NCBI GenBank assembly: GCA_048213135.1
Contig: PS015042.1
Span: 18,786-52,938, forward strand
Direction: 5' to 3'
Source: Reclinomonas americana ATCC 50394
Lineage: Eukaryota
Length of the DNA stretch: 34,153 bases
The position numbers were made by a program, and so were the translations under genes. This document shows, piece by piece, positions 11,001 through 21,371 of the stretch. Position 1 is the stretch's first letter; each line of letters starts with the position of its first letter. The notes beneath the pieces are model-generated. The model did not search any database. It saw only the letters and a list, made by a program, of their open reading frames with translations, and was not told where the DNA came from.

Positions 11001-12375
11001 CGGCAGACGAATCGAAACACAGAGGGCGGCTTCAGGGCAAGGATCAGCACATGCATGACCTCACCAGGCCACAGGAATTGAAGAAGGGCGTGTTAGAGCA
11101 GATGGAGATACCAGCACGTAGTGCGTGCATGGCTCTACGACGCCAGAGGAAACGAAGCATGAAGAGTGGGCGAGTTGAAGGGAAACATCAGCAGTCGTGC
11201 TTGAGACAACTATGACAGCGGTATTGCAGAACGAAGGGCGGCTGCAGAGAAAGATCAGCACTTGCATGACTCCATAATGACAGAGGAACTGAAGAAGGGC
11301 AAGCGCTTGTGCTGCATTCGCCCCCCGAGAGACAAAACGGCGTACAATAACACGAACGAACATCTGCACCTCAAAACAATCGACGGGAAGACGAGGAGCG
11401 AATCACGATCTTCCTTTCGCTCATGACACTCTCTCTCACACACGTACACACTCTCTGGCTGCCTGTCTGTCTCACTGTCTCTCTCTCTCTCTCTCTCATC
11501 TCTTGCCGTCTCACGCTTTCTCTCCNNNNNNNNNNNNNNNNNNNNNNNNNNNNNNNNNNNNNNNNNNNNNNNNNNNNNNNNNNNNNNNNNNNNNNNNNNN
11601 NNNNNNNNNNNNNNNNNCTTCTCCCTTACCCTGCACTGCACTCTCCCTGCACTCACTCATACTCTCTTCCTCACCTTATTCGACGGTGGTGGTGGCGCCA
11701 CATCATCCCCTCCATCATCGTCGTCTCCATCGCTCTCTCGCACAGCACCTCGCCCGCGCTGAATCAAAGAAAGAGAGAAGAAGAGAAGTGTGTGTGAGAG
11801 AGAGGGGGGAGAGAGGAGAAGGGCAGTGAGTGAGAGTGTGAAAGAGACAAGCAAGTGCGTGTGGAGAGAAGAAGGGAAGAGAGGGCGAGAGAGACAGTGA
11901 GAAAGGTGTGACAGACTGAAGAAGGAATTGTCTGTTTGAGAGAGAGAGAGAGAGAGTGAGAATAGAGAGAGTGAGAGTGAGAGTGAGTGTGAATTCAAAT
12001 TGAAAGACTGGTAGAGGAAAAGAGGAGTGTGAGTGTGTGTGAGTGTGTGTGAGAGAGCATGTGAGAGTGCATGAGTGTGTGTGAGTGAGAGAGTGAGTGA
12101 CTGAAAGTGACTGAGAATTCAATTTGAATGACTTCTTGTGAGAGAGAGAGAGAATGAGAGCAGAGTGTGTGAGCGTGAGTGAAGAGAGAGAGAGAGTGAG
12201 TGTGTGAGAGAGAGAAGAGAGAGTGTGTGAAAGAGTGAGTGAGAGAGTGAGTGACTGAAAGTGACTGAGAATTCAATTTGAATGGCTTCTTGTGTGAGAG
12301 AGAATGAGAGCAGAGTGTGTGAGCGTGAGTGAAGAGAGAGAGAGTGTGTGTGTGTGAGTGACGCACGCGCGGCAT
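8034..12375 (-). CDS. Syntaxin (Qa-SNARE, plasma-membrane syntaxin-1/SYP1-like), ~11 exons, long N-terminal extension
   Basis: The spliced product contains a DIEMG motif, Habc helices (FLGQVNQIKGNFAMVESNLDKMR...; LHEKLQELLDSTNENIRQAQSGLRKIE; EQRMRQSQFEAL), the SNARE motif KYRDLLQLEQSLEELHELMVDFSNLVFTQGALVNKISNNIAKAANYVEQG and a C-terminal TM KKMIIIAIVVCIAIVVVIGIILGISFAFRLF* (TGA at 8034-8036). The start is inferred at aaaaATGCCGCGC|gtgcgt (12375). Confidence 0.92.
8180..8420. repeat. ~108-bp tandem duplication in the last syntaxin intron
   Basis: gcacgcgcctcgtg...ctgacaagacagttcgccccttcaagatgttactctcgccctcctct is near-identical at ~8183-8253 and ~8290-8361. Confidence 0.85.
10840..11310. repeat. 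Degenerate tandem repeats in a syntaxin intron
   Basis: aacatcagca.tcgtgcttg (10842, 11185); gatcagcac.tgcatgac (11042, 11253); ggaa.tgaagaagggc (~11073, ~11284). Confidence 0.6.
12083..12345. repeat. ~154-bp tandem duplication in syntaxin intron 1
   Basis: gagtgactgaaagtgactgagaattcaatttgaatg.cttcttgtg...aatgagagcagagtgtgtgagcgtgagtgaagagagag present twice. Confidence 0.85.
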
Positions 12376-12574
12376 TTTTATGTGAGTTGTTTGATAAGGA
12401 CAGAGACAATCACCGCTCGCGCGCGGCGACTGTCCACACACGCGTTTTTTTCGCCTTTGTTGTTTTGTGCGCGTGCTCTCTTTGTGCTCTCTCTGTGTGT
12501 GTCTCTTTGTGCTGTGCAGTGTGTGTGCTGAGCGCTGTGTGTGAGTGCGTGTGTGTGAGTGTGTGTGTGTGAAC
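12376..12574. promoter_or_regulatory. Putative bidirectional promoter between the syntaxin (-) and kinase (+) genes
   Basis: The inferred start codons diverge only 199 bp apart. This is a positional inference; no motif was verified. Confidence 0.5.
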
Positions 12575-12886
12575 ATGAAGGAGGGAGATGTCGAGTTGGG
12601 CGACCCCGTGGGCAAGGGCTCTTATGGAACAGTCTATGGAGGGTGAGAGACGACACACACAGAGGCACACACACACTCATTGTTGTGCGCAGTGTGTGTG
12701 AGAGAAAGAGTGATCATGACTGTTTTCGTTTTTGTTTGTTTTGTTTGTGTGGGCAATAGGCGGTGGGTGACGCGTGGTAACAAGCCGGTTGCTGTCAAGG
12801 TGTTGGAGTTGGATAACATTGGAGGTGAGGAGAAGGGGAGAGAGAAGAGTGGGAAGAGTGGGAGGGAGAAGAGAAGGGAGGGTGAG

Positions 12887-12976
<90 letters not shown>

Positions 12977-13223
12977 NNNNNNNNNNNNNNNNNNNNNNNN
13001 NNNNNNNNNNNNNNNNNNNNNNNNNNNNNNNNNNNNNNNNNNNNNNNNNNNNNNNNNNNNNNNNNNNNNNNNNNNNNNNNNNNNNNNNNNNNNNNNNNNN
13101 NNNNNNNNNNNNNNNNNNNNNNNNNNNNNNNNNNNNNNNNNNNNNNNNNNNNNNNNNNNNNNNNNNNNNNNNNNNNNNNNNNNNNNNNNNNNNNNNNNNN
13201 NNNNNNNNNNNNNNNNNNNNNNN

Positions 13224-13280
<57 letters not shown>

Positions 13281-15756
13281 GTACAAGATCTGCTCGCTGT
13301 GCAAGGCAGAGAGGAGAGGCAGCACTACGGGTTAAGCTTGTGTGTCATGATGATTTCCGATGCTGTTGTCGATTCGCATGTGTGTGCGAGTGAGAGGTAT
13401 GATGAGTGCAAGATCCGTTCGCTGTGTAGGGCGAGACGGCAGTGAGAGAGTGAGGTTTGTGAGGCATGATGATTTCGCGTATGTGCATGTGCAGAGAGAC
13501 TGTGAGAGCAAGGAAACGTGAGCCGTGGTTTTGAACGCGGGCAAGGCGAGGCTGAGACTGAACGCTGAGGTTCTCTTGTCATCTCTCATAGAGAGAGAGA
13601 GAGAGAGAGATTGATTGCATGCGTGCGCATGTGTTTGTGAGAGGGACAGAACAATCCAGAAGCAACTGTTAGGAGCTGTGTTTTTGAATGCATGCGTTGA
13701 CAAAAATGCAGACGTTCTCTCGTCCCTGCCCACAGAGAGAACTCTGTCTTACCTCTCTTCTCGTCCTCTTCTCTTCTCTTCTCCATAGTGTGCAGATGAG
13801 ATCTGATCGGCGTGCTTGTTTCCGCACACAAACATGCCTGTCGTTCTTTGACATCCGCAGAGTTATGCAGGCCGCCACTGAATGCGAAGCAGTTGAGATC
13901 ACGATTATGTTTGATTGAGCAAGACGTATAGCAAGCGAGTATTTGTGATCCAGTGTGTGAGAGACATTGTCACCGTTTTGCAGGCAGCATGATGGCTGAG
14001 TGCGAAGTAGTTGAGGCCACGGTTCTGTTTGCATAGCGAGCGAATGTTTGTGCTTGTTCGTGATCTAGTGTGTGAGAGATATCGTCAGAGTTCTGCACGT
14101 CACCCTGACTGCGAAGCAGTTGACGTCAAGGCGCATAGCGAGCGAATGTGTGCGTTTGTTCATAATCCAATGTGTGAGAGACATGTCACAGTTCTGCAGG
14201 CAGCATGATGGCTGAGTGCTAGGCAGTTGAGGCCACGATTCTGTTCGCATAGCGAGCGAATGTGTGTATTTTTTTCGTGATCCAGTGTGTGAAAGACATT
14301 GTCAGAGATATGCTCGTCGCCCTGAATGCGTAGCAGTTGACATTACGAAGTGCAACTGCATCCTTTGTTCCTCTTGTCGGGGAACTGTTGTCAGACCGTG
14401 CTTTCCATCATCCTGCTCACGCCCATTGCTCTTCCGACAGACGATCTCGAGGACATTCAAAAGGAGATCCGCAACATGTGGGAGCTGAAGGCGTCGCCGT
14501 ACGTCACGCAAGTGTACGGATCATACGTGGTCGGCGATCAGTTGTGGTGAGTCTCCCTTCTCTCTCCCCTCTCTCCGTCTCTCCCCTCCCTCACCCCGTC
14601 TCCTACTCCGCAGGATTGTCATGGAGTTCCTGGGCGGCGGCAACATCCAAGAGCTGGTGCGTCTATCCCTTCAGCATTCTCTTACTTCTCCCATCTCACT
14701 CCTTTCCGCATTCGCAGCGGAGAAACTTCAAACTCCCAGAACAAGCCATTGCCATTGTGTTACGCGAAACGTTACTCGGCCTGCAATACCTGCACGCGGA
14801 GAACAAGATTCACCGCGACATCAAAGGTCTCCCTTTTCACCCTCTTCTCTCCTTGGCGGCGCGTGGCACTGACTTTGTGACTCACACAGCCGCCAACATT
14901 TTGCTGTCCGCCGATGCACACGTCAAGCTTGCCGACTTTGGTGGTGCGTATGTGCTGTAGAAGACGGTGTTGGATAAGCGCCTCGTCTCACTTTTCGTCA
15001 TGCAGTGTCGGCCCAACTGTCGGACTCGATCAAGAAGAGGCACACGATGATTGGATCTCCGTTTTGGTGCGTGCATGCACGAGAAGGGGGGGAAAGAGGT
15101 GTGCATCGCAATTCGTGCTCACCTAGAGACACAGGATGGCACCCGAGGTCATCATGGAGACCGGTCACCACGTCAAGGCCGACGTGTGGTCAGTGGGCAT
15201 CACTGCGCTGGAGATGGCCGACGGATTCCCGCCGTACTACAAGGAAAATCCGATAACAGCCATTATGGCCATTCCGACGCGACCTGCACCTGTGCTGCAA
15301 GGTGCGTGGCGGGCGAAGCGTGATGTCTCCATGATTGGTGCTGCTGTTGCTGCTTCATTGCCTGTTATTGTTCTCCTCTCTCCCCGGCCCACTCTCCTCT
15401 CTTTCCTCTCTCGCTCGCTGTCTGTCTGTCTGTCACTCTTTCTCACTCCTTCTCACTCCCCTCACCTCCTCTTCTCTCGTTCTCTCTCTCTTTCTCTCTC
15501 TCTCCTTGTCATTCTCCTCCCCTCTCCTTCTCTCTCCTTGCCATTCTCCTCCCCTCTCCTTCTCCCTGTCTCTCTCCTTCTCTGTGCATGTGTGTCTGGC
15601 TGGCTGGCTGGCTGGCTGTCTCTCTCTTTCGTTCTCTCTGTCTGTCTATTTGTCTGTCTCTCCCTGTCGCTCATTCTCCCGTCCTCTTTTCTCTCTTTCT
15701 CGCTCTCTGTGCCCCTGTGTCTGTGTATGTGTGAGTATTGCGCTTGCGTGTGGGTT

Positions 15757-15820
<64 letters not shown>

Positions 15821-16296
15821 TTCTCTCCCTCTCTCTCCCTCACTCCTCTCCTCCTCCCCCCCCCCCTCCCCTCTCCTTCCCCTTTAATCCCTTTCCCCCC
15901 TTTTTCCCTCTTTCCCCCTCTTTCCGCCCGTGCCCCCTTGCCCCTTTTACCTTCTTCCCCCTTCTTCTCACTCTGCTCACAGGCGACTGGTCACCCGAGT
16001 TCAAGGACTTTGTGCGCGCCTGCCTGCAAAAGAACCCCGACCAGCGACCGTCGGCCGCCGAGCTCCTCGACCATCCGTTTGTGGAAAGGGCTGGCCCCGT
16101 GGAGTCGCTGTACGACCTTGTCGGCGAGCACATGAAGATCACGTTTGTGGGTGGTGAGAGTTCGGGCGAGACGCTGAGGTGAGTGGTGGGAGGAGGGAGG
16201 GAGTGTGAGTATAAGAGCAGGAGAGTGTCTGTGTACTCATTCCACTAATGCAGACGAGGCGAGGTCGCCGTCAGCGACGACGCATGGGACTTTTGA
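12575..16296 (+). CDS. STE20-family (GCK/MST-like) Ser/Thr protein kinase, 10 exons
   Basis: Spliced exons give [124 protein letters not shown] and a tail ending SDDAWDF*. All catalytic motifs are intact and the splice phases are consistent. Confidence 0.95.
12889..13279. repeat. (GT)n/(GA)n microsatellite spanning an assembly gap, in kinase intron 2
   Basis: Long perfect GT runs on both sides of the N-run. Confidence 0.9.
13865..14345. repeat. ~215-230-bp degenerate tandem repeat in kinase intron 2
   Basis: tgcaggcagcatgatggctgagtgc...gttgaggccacg.ttctgtt.gcatagcgagcgaatgt at ~13980 and ~14195; ctga.tgcg.agcagttga at ~13878, 14106 and 14322. Confidence 0.8.
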
Positions 16297-16437
16297 GAAG
16301 GACAGCAGAACGATTGACGAGCGAGGAACCGCCACGACGCTGCTCTTCTGTCTCTCTCTACCTCTGTGCTCTCCCTCTCGCTCCCAGTGTCGAGAAATGT
16401 ATTCAATGAGTCGCGATAAGCGTTGCCTGGAAGCAGA

Positions 16438-16610
16438 TCAATATGCGTCGTACGCAACCACCGCTCCAGTGTTCGTTCGGATCTTCTCCACCAGCTCGGC
16501 ATACTTCGCCAACTTGCGGTCGTACGCCTTCTGCAGTGCCTCTTCGTCCTTCGGGAACGCCACGGTGAGCTCCACAAGCAGCACCTTCGTCGCCTGTGCA
16601 TCGGTCGAGT
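16438..16610 (-). mobile_element. Fragment of a restriction-like endonuclease (RLE) domain from an R2/NeSL/Utopia-type non-LTR retrotransposon (relic)
   Basis: Translates as ATKVLLVELTVAFPKDEEALQKAYDRKLAKYAELVEKIRTNTGAVVAYDAY*. This matches the RLE C-terminal pattern hhh(D/E)hTV(P/A)F...A...KxxKY..L. No upstream PD motif, CCHC knuckle or RT is seen on this strand. Confidence 0.6.
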
Positions 16611-17704
16611 CACAGCCACAATGTCTGGTTTCAACTGTGTTTTGGACGTGAGAGGACTTGGTCATCATAAGGCAGCAGTACAACAACTTTACAAACAAAA
16701 ACACGTGCACAGCTGCATGATGAGCTCGAGTCGGCACCAGAAACCGTTGCGAGGAAACTGCAACCACTGTGAGAAAGTCGAGATGCCACACATAAGGAAA
16801 CTTTCTGCTGCCCTCAAGATTGGTGTTTGTGTTGATGTTTTCGATAGACTTGGTCATCAAGGCTGCTTTGCTTGTTGTTTGCCAACCCTTGTCGACGGAA
16901 TCTTTGAATCTTTTTGTCCCTATTCATTTACTCTGACAGACTCTTTGTGAGAGTGAGAGCAAGCATGGACCCTGAAGACGAGACAGTGCCCGGCGCACAC
17001 GAGCAGGACGACGCCGACACGTGGCACGTGCGATGCAGGGGAACACCAGCAGTGGAGCACATTATCGCGTGTGTGCATGGCGCGTGTGCGGTGCCAGTCG
17101 ACGATGGATCATGTTGAGAGCCTCGTGTGTGTGTGTGTGTGTGTCACTCTCAGTGTGTAAGTGTGTGTGTGTGTGAGAGAGAGAAGGGACACGCAAGTGA
17201 ATCGAATATGATGTTGGCAGAGGTGATTCGCATATGCGCATGTGCGGTCTTGTGTTGCTCTCTCACGCACACACGTGTGCACTCTCGTTCTCTCTCAGAC
17301 GCACACACATGCAAGCTCTGTGTGGCAGTGCGTGTGAAGGGAGTGTCTAGTTATTTTCGTGGTTTGTTTCTTGTTGGTTTATTGTTCTTGGTGTTGCATC
17401 AGTGCTCGTGTGTGTGTGTGTGTGCTTCCTCTCTTGTGTGCCCATGTCATGTGACACACTGCGAGAAGTGACACACTGCGATGCGAGATATCGAAAGTCA
17501 AATGTCCGAAGCTTGCGCTGTTTCCCTCTTGTGATGGCGATGATGTCGCATAGGATACAGGCCTTGCAAGCTCGCTGGATTGCCCTAAAGTGTGCGCTAT
17601 ATGTGTAGAAGAGTAGAGCACAAGACTCAAGAGGCGACTGAAGAACCACGGGACTCCTGCATCAACGTTTACACTGCTGCTGTCGAAGTCGCGTGCCTTT
17701 GTGA

Positions 17705-19489
17705 TCAATTACTGTTTACATTTACCTCTCCTTTCCCTCTCGCTAGCGGCTTCACGTCGGGAAACAAGACGCCAGTGATGCCCCCCAGATCCTTTCCCAC
17801 ATTGAACCACGCACTCGCCTCCAGGTCCGCAATGAGCTGCTCCGACAGCTCCGTGAGCGTCACCAGGTGCGTCAGAATGTCGACAAACTCCAACAGCGCG
17901 TACACTTCGGCCGCGGCGAGACGCTTTGCCACGGAGGCCAGCAGCGCCTCCAGGTACTGCCGTTTGGTGTCAGAGAAGGAGCAACCAAAGGGAGGGAGAT
18001 GAAGGGCAATCGCAACTTCGGCGACGGAGCCTCCACCGCACTCAGCATGCGCGAGGTCACTCTGGAAGCGCTGGAACACCGTGCGCAGCGTGGAGATCAC
18101 CTCCACCAGGCTGTTTGTGTTGTTGTAGTTCACACACGGACCCGGCAGACACACTCCCGAGCCATTGGGATCGCACGTGCAGATGCCTGGCATGCCGGGA
18201 TCCACAATCGTGCACGGCATGCATGCGCCGTAACCCACTGCAGGCAGGCGACAGTACTGCGAGGCGCAATCAGTAGAGTTCTTGCACAGCGCCAACTCGG
18301 GCAGGAGCTGGCAGTCGCTCGGCAGCTGGTTTTCACGCCCGACAAAAGGTGAGTGAGCGAGAGAGAGAGGGAGAGAACGAGAATGAGCGATGAACACGCA
18401 CATTGCTCGGCGGGCTGCTGGCGGCATGATGAATGAGATCAATGAGATCGCCGAGTGCCTGGTTGACGGAACACAAACAGGTGGCGGGATCCACTTGTGC
18501 CACGCCCGACACGAAGCCCGCAAAGAGCGTGGCCACGGAGAGACCGGCAGGGTCTGCACGCACAGTGGCATCAGCGGCGAAAGGTAGCAACTCCTCCGTT
18601 CGCTCTCCCTCGCATGTTACCGGCGAATGCACAGGCTTGGAATCGCGTGTGCTCCTGAATCACCGCGCCATTTGGGAACTTGTCGCCACAAAGGCCACCA
18701 GAATGGCAGTCGGAGTCAAAGCCCGCGCAAAAGGGTCCACTTGGAATCCCGCACTGGCCTGTCAGGCTGCACAGTGGAGCGAGACAGTGAGCGGATTGAC
18801 ATGGCACCACAGTGTTCGAAGTCAAGCAAGCGCACACACATGATCGACTTATCGCTGGCGAGGAAAAACGTGCCACCGGGTGTCTCTGGCAGGAAGCACG
18901 TGTCGAGACTCCATACTGGGCCAAAGTCACCCCTGTCGATCTCGACATTGCAGCTCTTGTCGCCAGTGCGGGTCTGTGCAAGCACGAGGTGGGGGGAGAA
19001 TGAGACACAGAGAATTGGAGGGAGAGAGAAGAGAGAAAGAAGGCAAGCGAGTAGAGCTGAGGGCAGAGGTCTGTGAGTCGCCAATCCTCACTCTCCTTGC
19101 ACTCACCCAAATGCGCGGACTGTTGACATCGACAAACACAAACGGATCTGGCATGGATGTCGTCATGCAGCCAGCTCCCAAGCAGTTGCCTCCTTGAGCT
19201 GGTGACGAGAGACAACACAAGGATGATCATGATTGATTGCAATCACAATCCGAACACGCCCACTCTCTCTCACAGAGAGAGAGAGAGAGACGACGTGTGC
19301 GAGTGTGCGTGTCTGGCATTCCCACACGCGCCACGCACCATAAGCACCCACATATGAGAAGCGATACAAAGGAGCATTCTCCATCTCCACTCTGCGACGA
19401 ATATGCGATCGTGGCACTGTGGGAGAGAAGCAGCTGACAGCGGCAACAAGCACAAAGAGAGAGGCCACGAGCAAGAGAGCGCGACGCAT
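17705..19489 (-). CDS. Secreted cysteine-rich protein of unknown function, ~7 exons
   Basis: Signal peptide MRRALLLVASLFVLVAAVSC. Phase-compatible exons encode GGNCLGAGC..., CGIPSGPFCAGFDSDCHSGGLC, CKNSTDCASQYCRLP...CMPC...CTCDPNGSGVCLPGPC, and an amphipathic helical C-terminus ending WFNVGKDLGGITGVLFPDVKPLARGKGEVNVNSN*. Confidence 0.75.
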
Positions 19490-19595
19490 GAGACTCGGAA
19501 AAACGTTCGCTTGTCCTGTTCGCCCAAAGCTGTCTCCTGGCTCAGCTGCTGATGCTGGCAAGCAGCTTGTAACACTATTCGACGATCACAAGAGC

Positions 19596-20168
19596 ATGCT
19601 CGACAACGACCTTGTGAGCTTTGTCTCCAGAGGGCTCGTCGGAATTCGAATTCGAAGAGTAGATCTAGATTGCGGTCTTGGTTTGCTATCCGTGGCGCCA
19701 TCGACCAAGGAAGCTATTAGCATCGCCCATGTGGATAGCAACGCCGCCTTTGTTTCTCTGTGCACCTTCCCTTTCGAACCAACAACGTCGCAGAAATCAA
19801 CGTCGACGTCGCCAAAATGATCTGGAGAAAAAGCGAAACGACGCCGCACTCGCTCCACACTCACCTACACTCTCCATTCTCACTCTCCTCTCACCTCACC
19901 ACCCACCCCACACATCTCGAATACCGTCCCACCACTCGTGTCCGCGACGGACGACTTCTCGCAGCATTACACCACGCTCGCGATGAACGAGCCCACCTCC
20001 GCCGCCCCCGACATGCTGGCCATGTGCTTCAGCTGTGAGATGGAGCCTACTCCAGGCGACACCCCAGCCACTGTCGAGTCAGGCGACGCACAACCGCGCG
20101 AACTCAAGCAGGACCGCGAGGGCGGCCGACCCGGACTCTTCATGGACGGCAAAGACTGGCTCTTCTGA
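19596..20168 (+). CDS. Small hypothetical protein (tentative 2-exon model, ~73 aa)
   Basis: GC3-rich terminal ORF ...MNEPTSAAPDMLAMCFSCEM...GLFMDGKDWLF* (stop 20168). A possible first exon MLDNDL|gtgagc joins in phase 0 to ctcgcag|CAT at ~19965. Confidence 0.35.
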
Positions 20169-20211
20169 GAGAGAGAGAAAGTGTACATGATCTTCCTTGT
20201 CTTTTTCATCA

Positions 20212-20874
20212 CTACTTGCTGCGTGGCTTTTGCGGGGCGCGAGCGGGCGCGCACAATCGTTTGGCCGTGTCCTTCAAATCGACGCCGAGCCAGCGCGCAA
20301 TGACGTGGCGAGCCTCCGCGCAGCGCAGCTCTCCGCCGCATGCGCTTGCTGAGGATGCGGCGGCGGATTCCAAGGCGAGGGTGAGCGGATAGGCNNNNNN
20401 NNNNNNNNNNNNNNTTCGCGCAAGGCGGCGATTAGGTGCTTGGATTGCTCCAGGGTCCACGGATCGCCGACGCGGAAGTCGCCGACGAGCTGGCGACGTG
20501 TGGGCAGTGTGAGGCCGCTCTTCTCGGAGTGCGCGCGCAGGAAGTGCGGGCCGACCATGAGGCGGGTGTCGGGTGGCGCAGGCAGCGAGTTGAACCGCCT
20601 ATTAGCATGTCAGCCTCTGCGCGAAAGAAGAATCTGCCTGCATGTGTGCGTACCTGATCTCGGTGAGCTCGGCGACCTCGGCCGAGTAGTAGCGCTTCAG
20701 TGTCTCCTCGTTCTCGTCTGTGGCCTTTTTCACTTTCTCCAGCACCTCCTCGCGGGCGCTCTCCTGCGTACGGAGCTCCTGCTCGAGGGAGGTGGTGGTG
20801 GTGGTCAGCTGGTCGCTCAGTTGCGCGCAGAGGGCGGCCATGTCGGCCTGCATCTTTTCGAGGGCGTTGCTCAT
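20212..20874 (-). CDS. Hypothetical protein with an N-terminal coiled coil (contains an assembly gap; 3' end uncertain)
   Basis: Exon 1 is MSNALEKMQADMAALCAQLSDQL...EVAELTEIR|gtacgc. Exon 2 is RFNSLPAPPDTRLMVGPHFLRAHSEK...LIAALRE, then the gap, then AYPLTLALES...LKDTAKRL. Codons are GC3-rich. Confidence 0.6.
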
Positions 20875-21039
20875 TATGGGGGGGAGGGATTCAGTTCTCA
20901 CGGACAAGTGGAAAGCGGCGATATTTTTCGGTTTTTGTGAGAGAGGAAACGGATTTTTTTACAGTTAACTTATTTCCACCTTAACTTCTCTCCTCCTCTG
21001 TTCCTTCCTCTCCTCCGTTGCTCCTGGGGTTTTATGGTT

Positions 21040-21261
21040 GGTGGTGTGCAATCGCGCATGTTTCGCTCACTGGGTAGTGTCGCGGAAGTTGTGTCTCCTC
21101 CCTTTCCCCCTCTCATCCTCTCTCCACCGCCCCCCCCCCCGACCCCCTCTTTGCTCTCTTGAAGTTTTCATGGCCGAGTGCAATCGCGCGGGCTAAACGT
21201 GAAGACGCTGGTGACACACAGTCCAACCTATGGTCGCTGCGGTGGTGTGCAATCGCGCATG
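21040..21261. repeat. Triplicated short motif GTGCAATCGCGC in the intergenic region
   Basis: ggtggtgtgcaatcgcgcatg at 21040 and 21241; gtgcaatcgcgc at 21178. Confidence 0.7.
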
Positions 21262-21371
21262 CGTCACTCACTCAGAATGTTGAAACACACTGTGCAACCT
21301 CCTCCTCCCTATCCCCTTCTTCTTCCTTTCCCCCTCCAGAAACAATAACAAGCATTCCATTCACCATCACC

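Noticed and set aside
16964-17117. CRGTPAVEHIIAC resembling a retroelement CCHC knuckle
   Set aside because: It is on the opposite strand to the RLE fragment and the Cys/His spacing does not fit.
19419-20168. Two same-frame ORFs separated by a single TGA (19818-19820): possible selenocysteine or readthrough
   Set aside because: The joined peptide is unrecognisable, the TGA falls in a likely intron, and no SECIS or redox motif context is evident.
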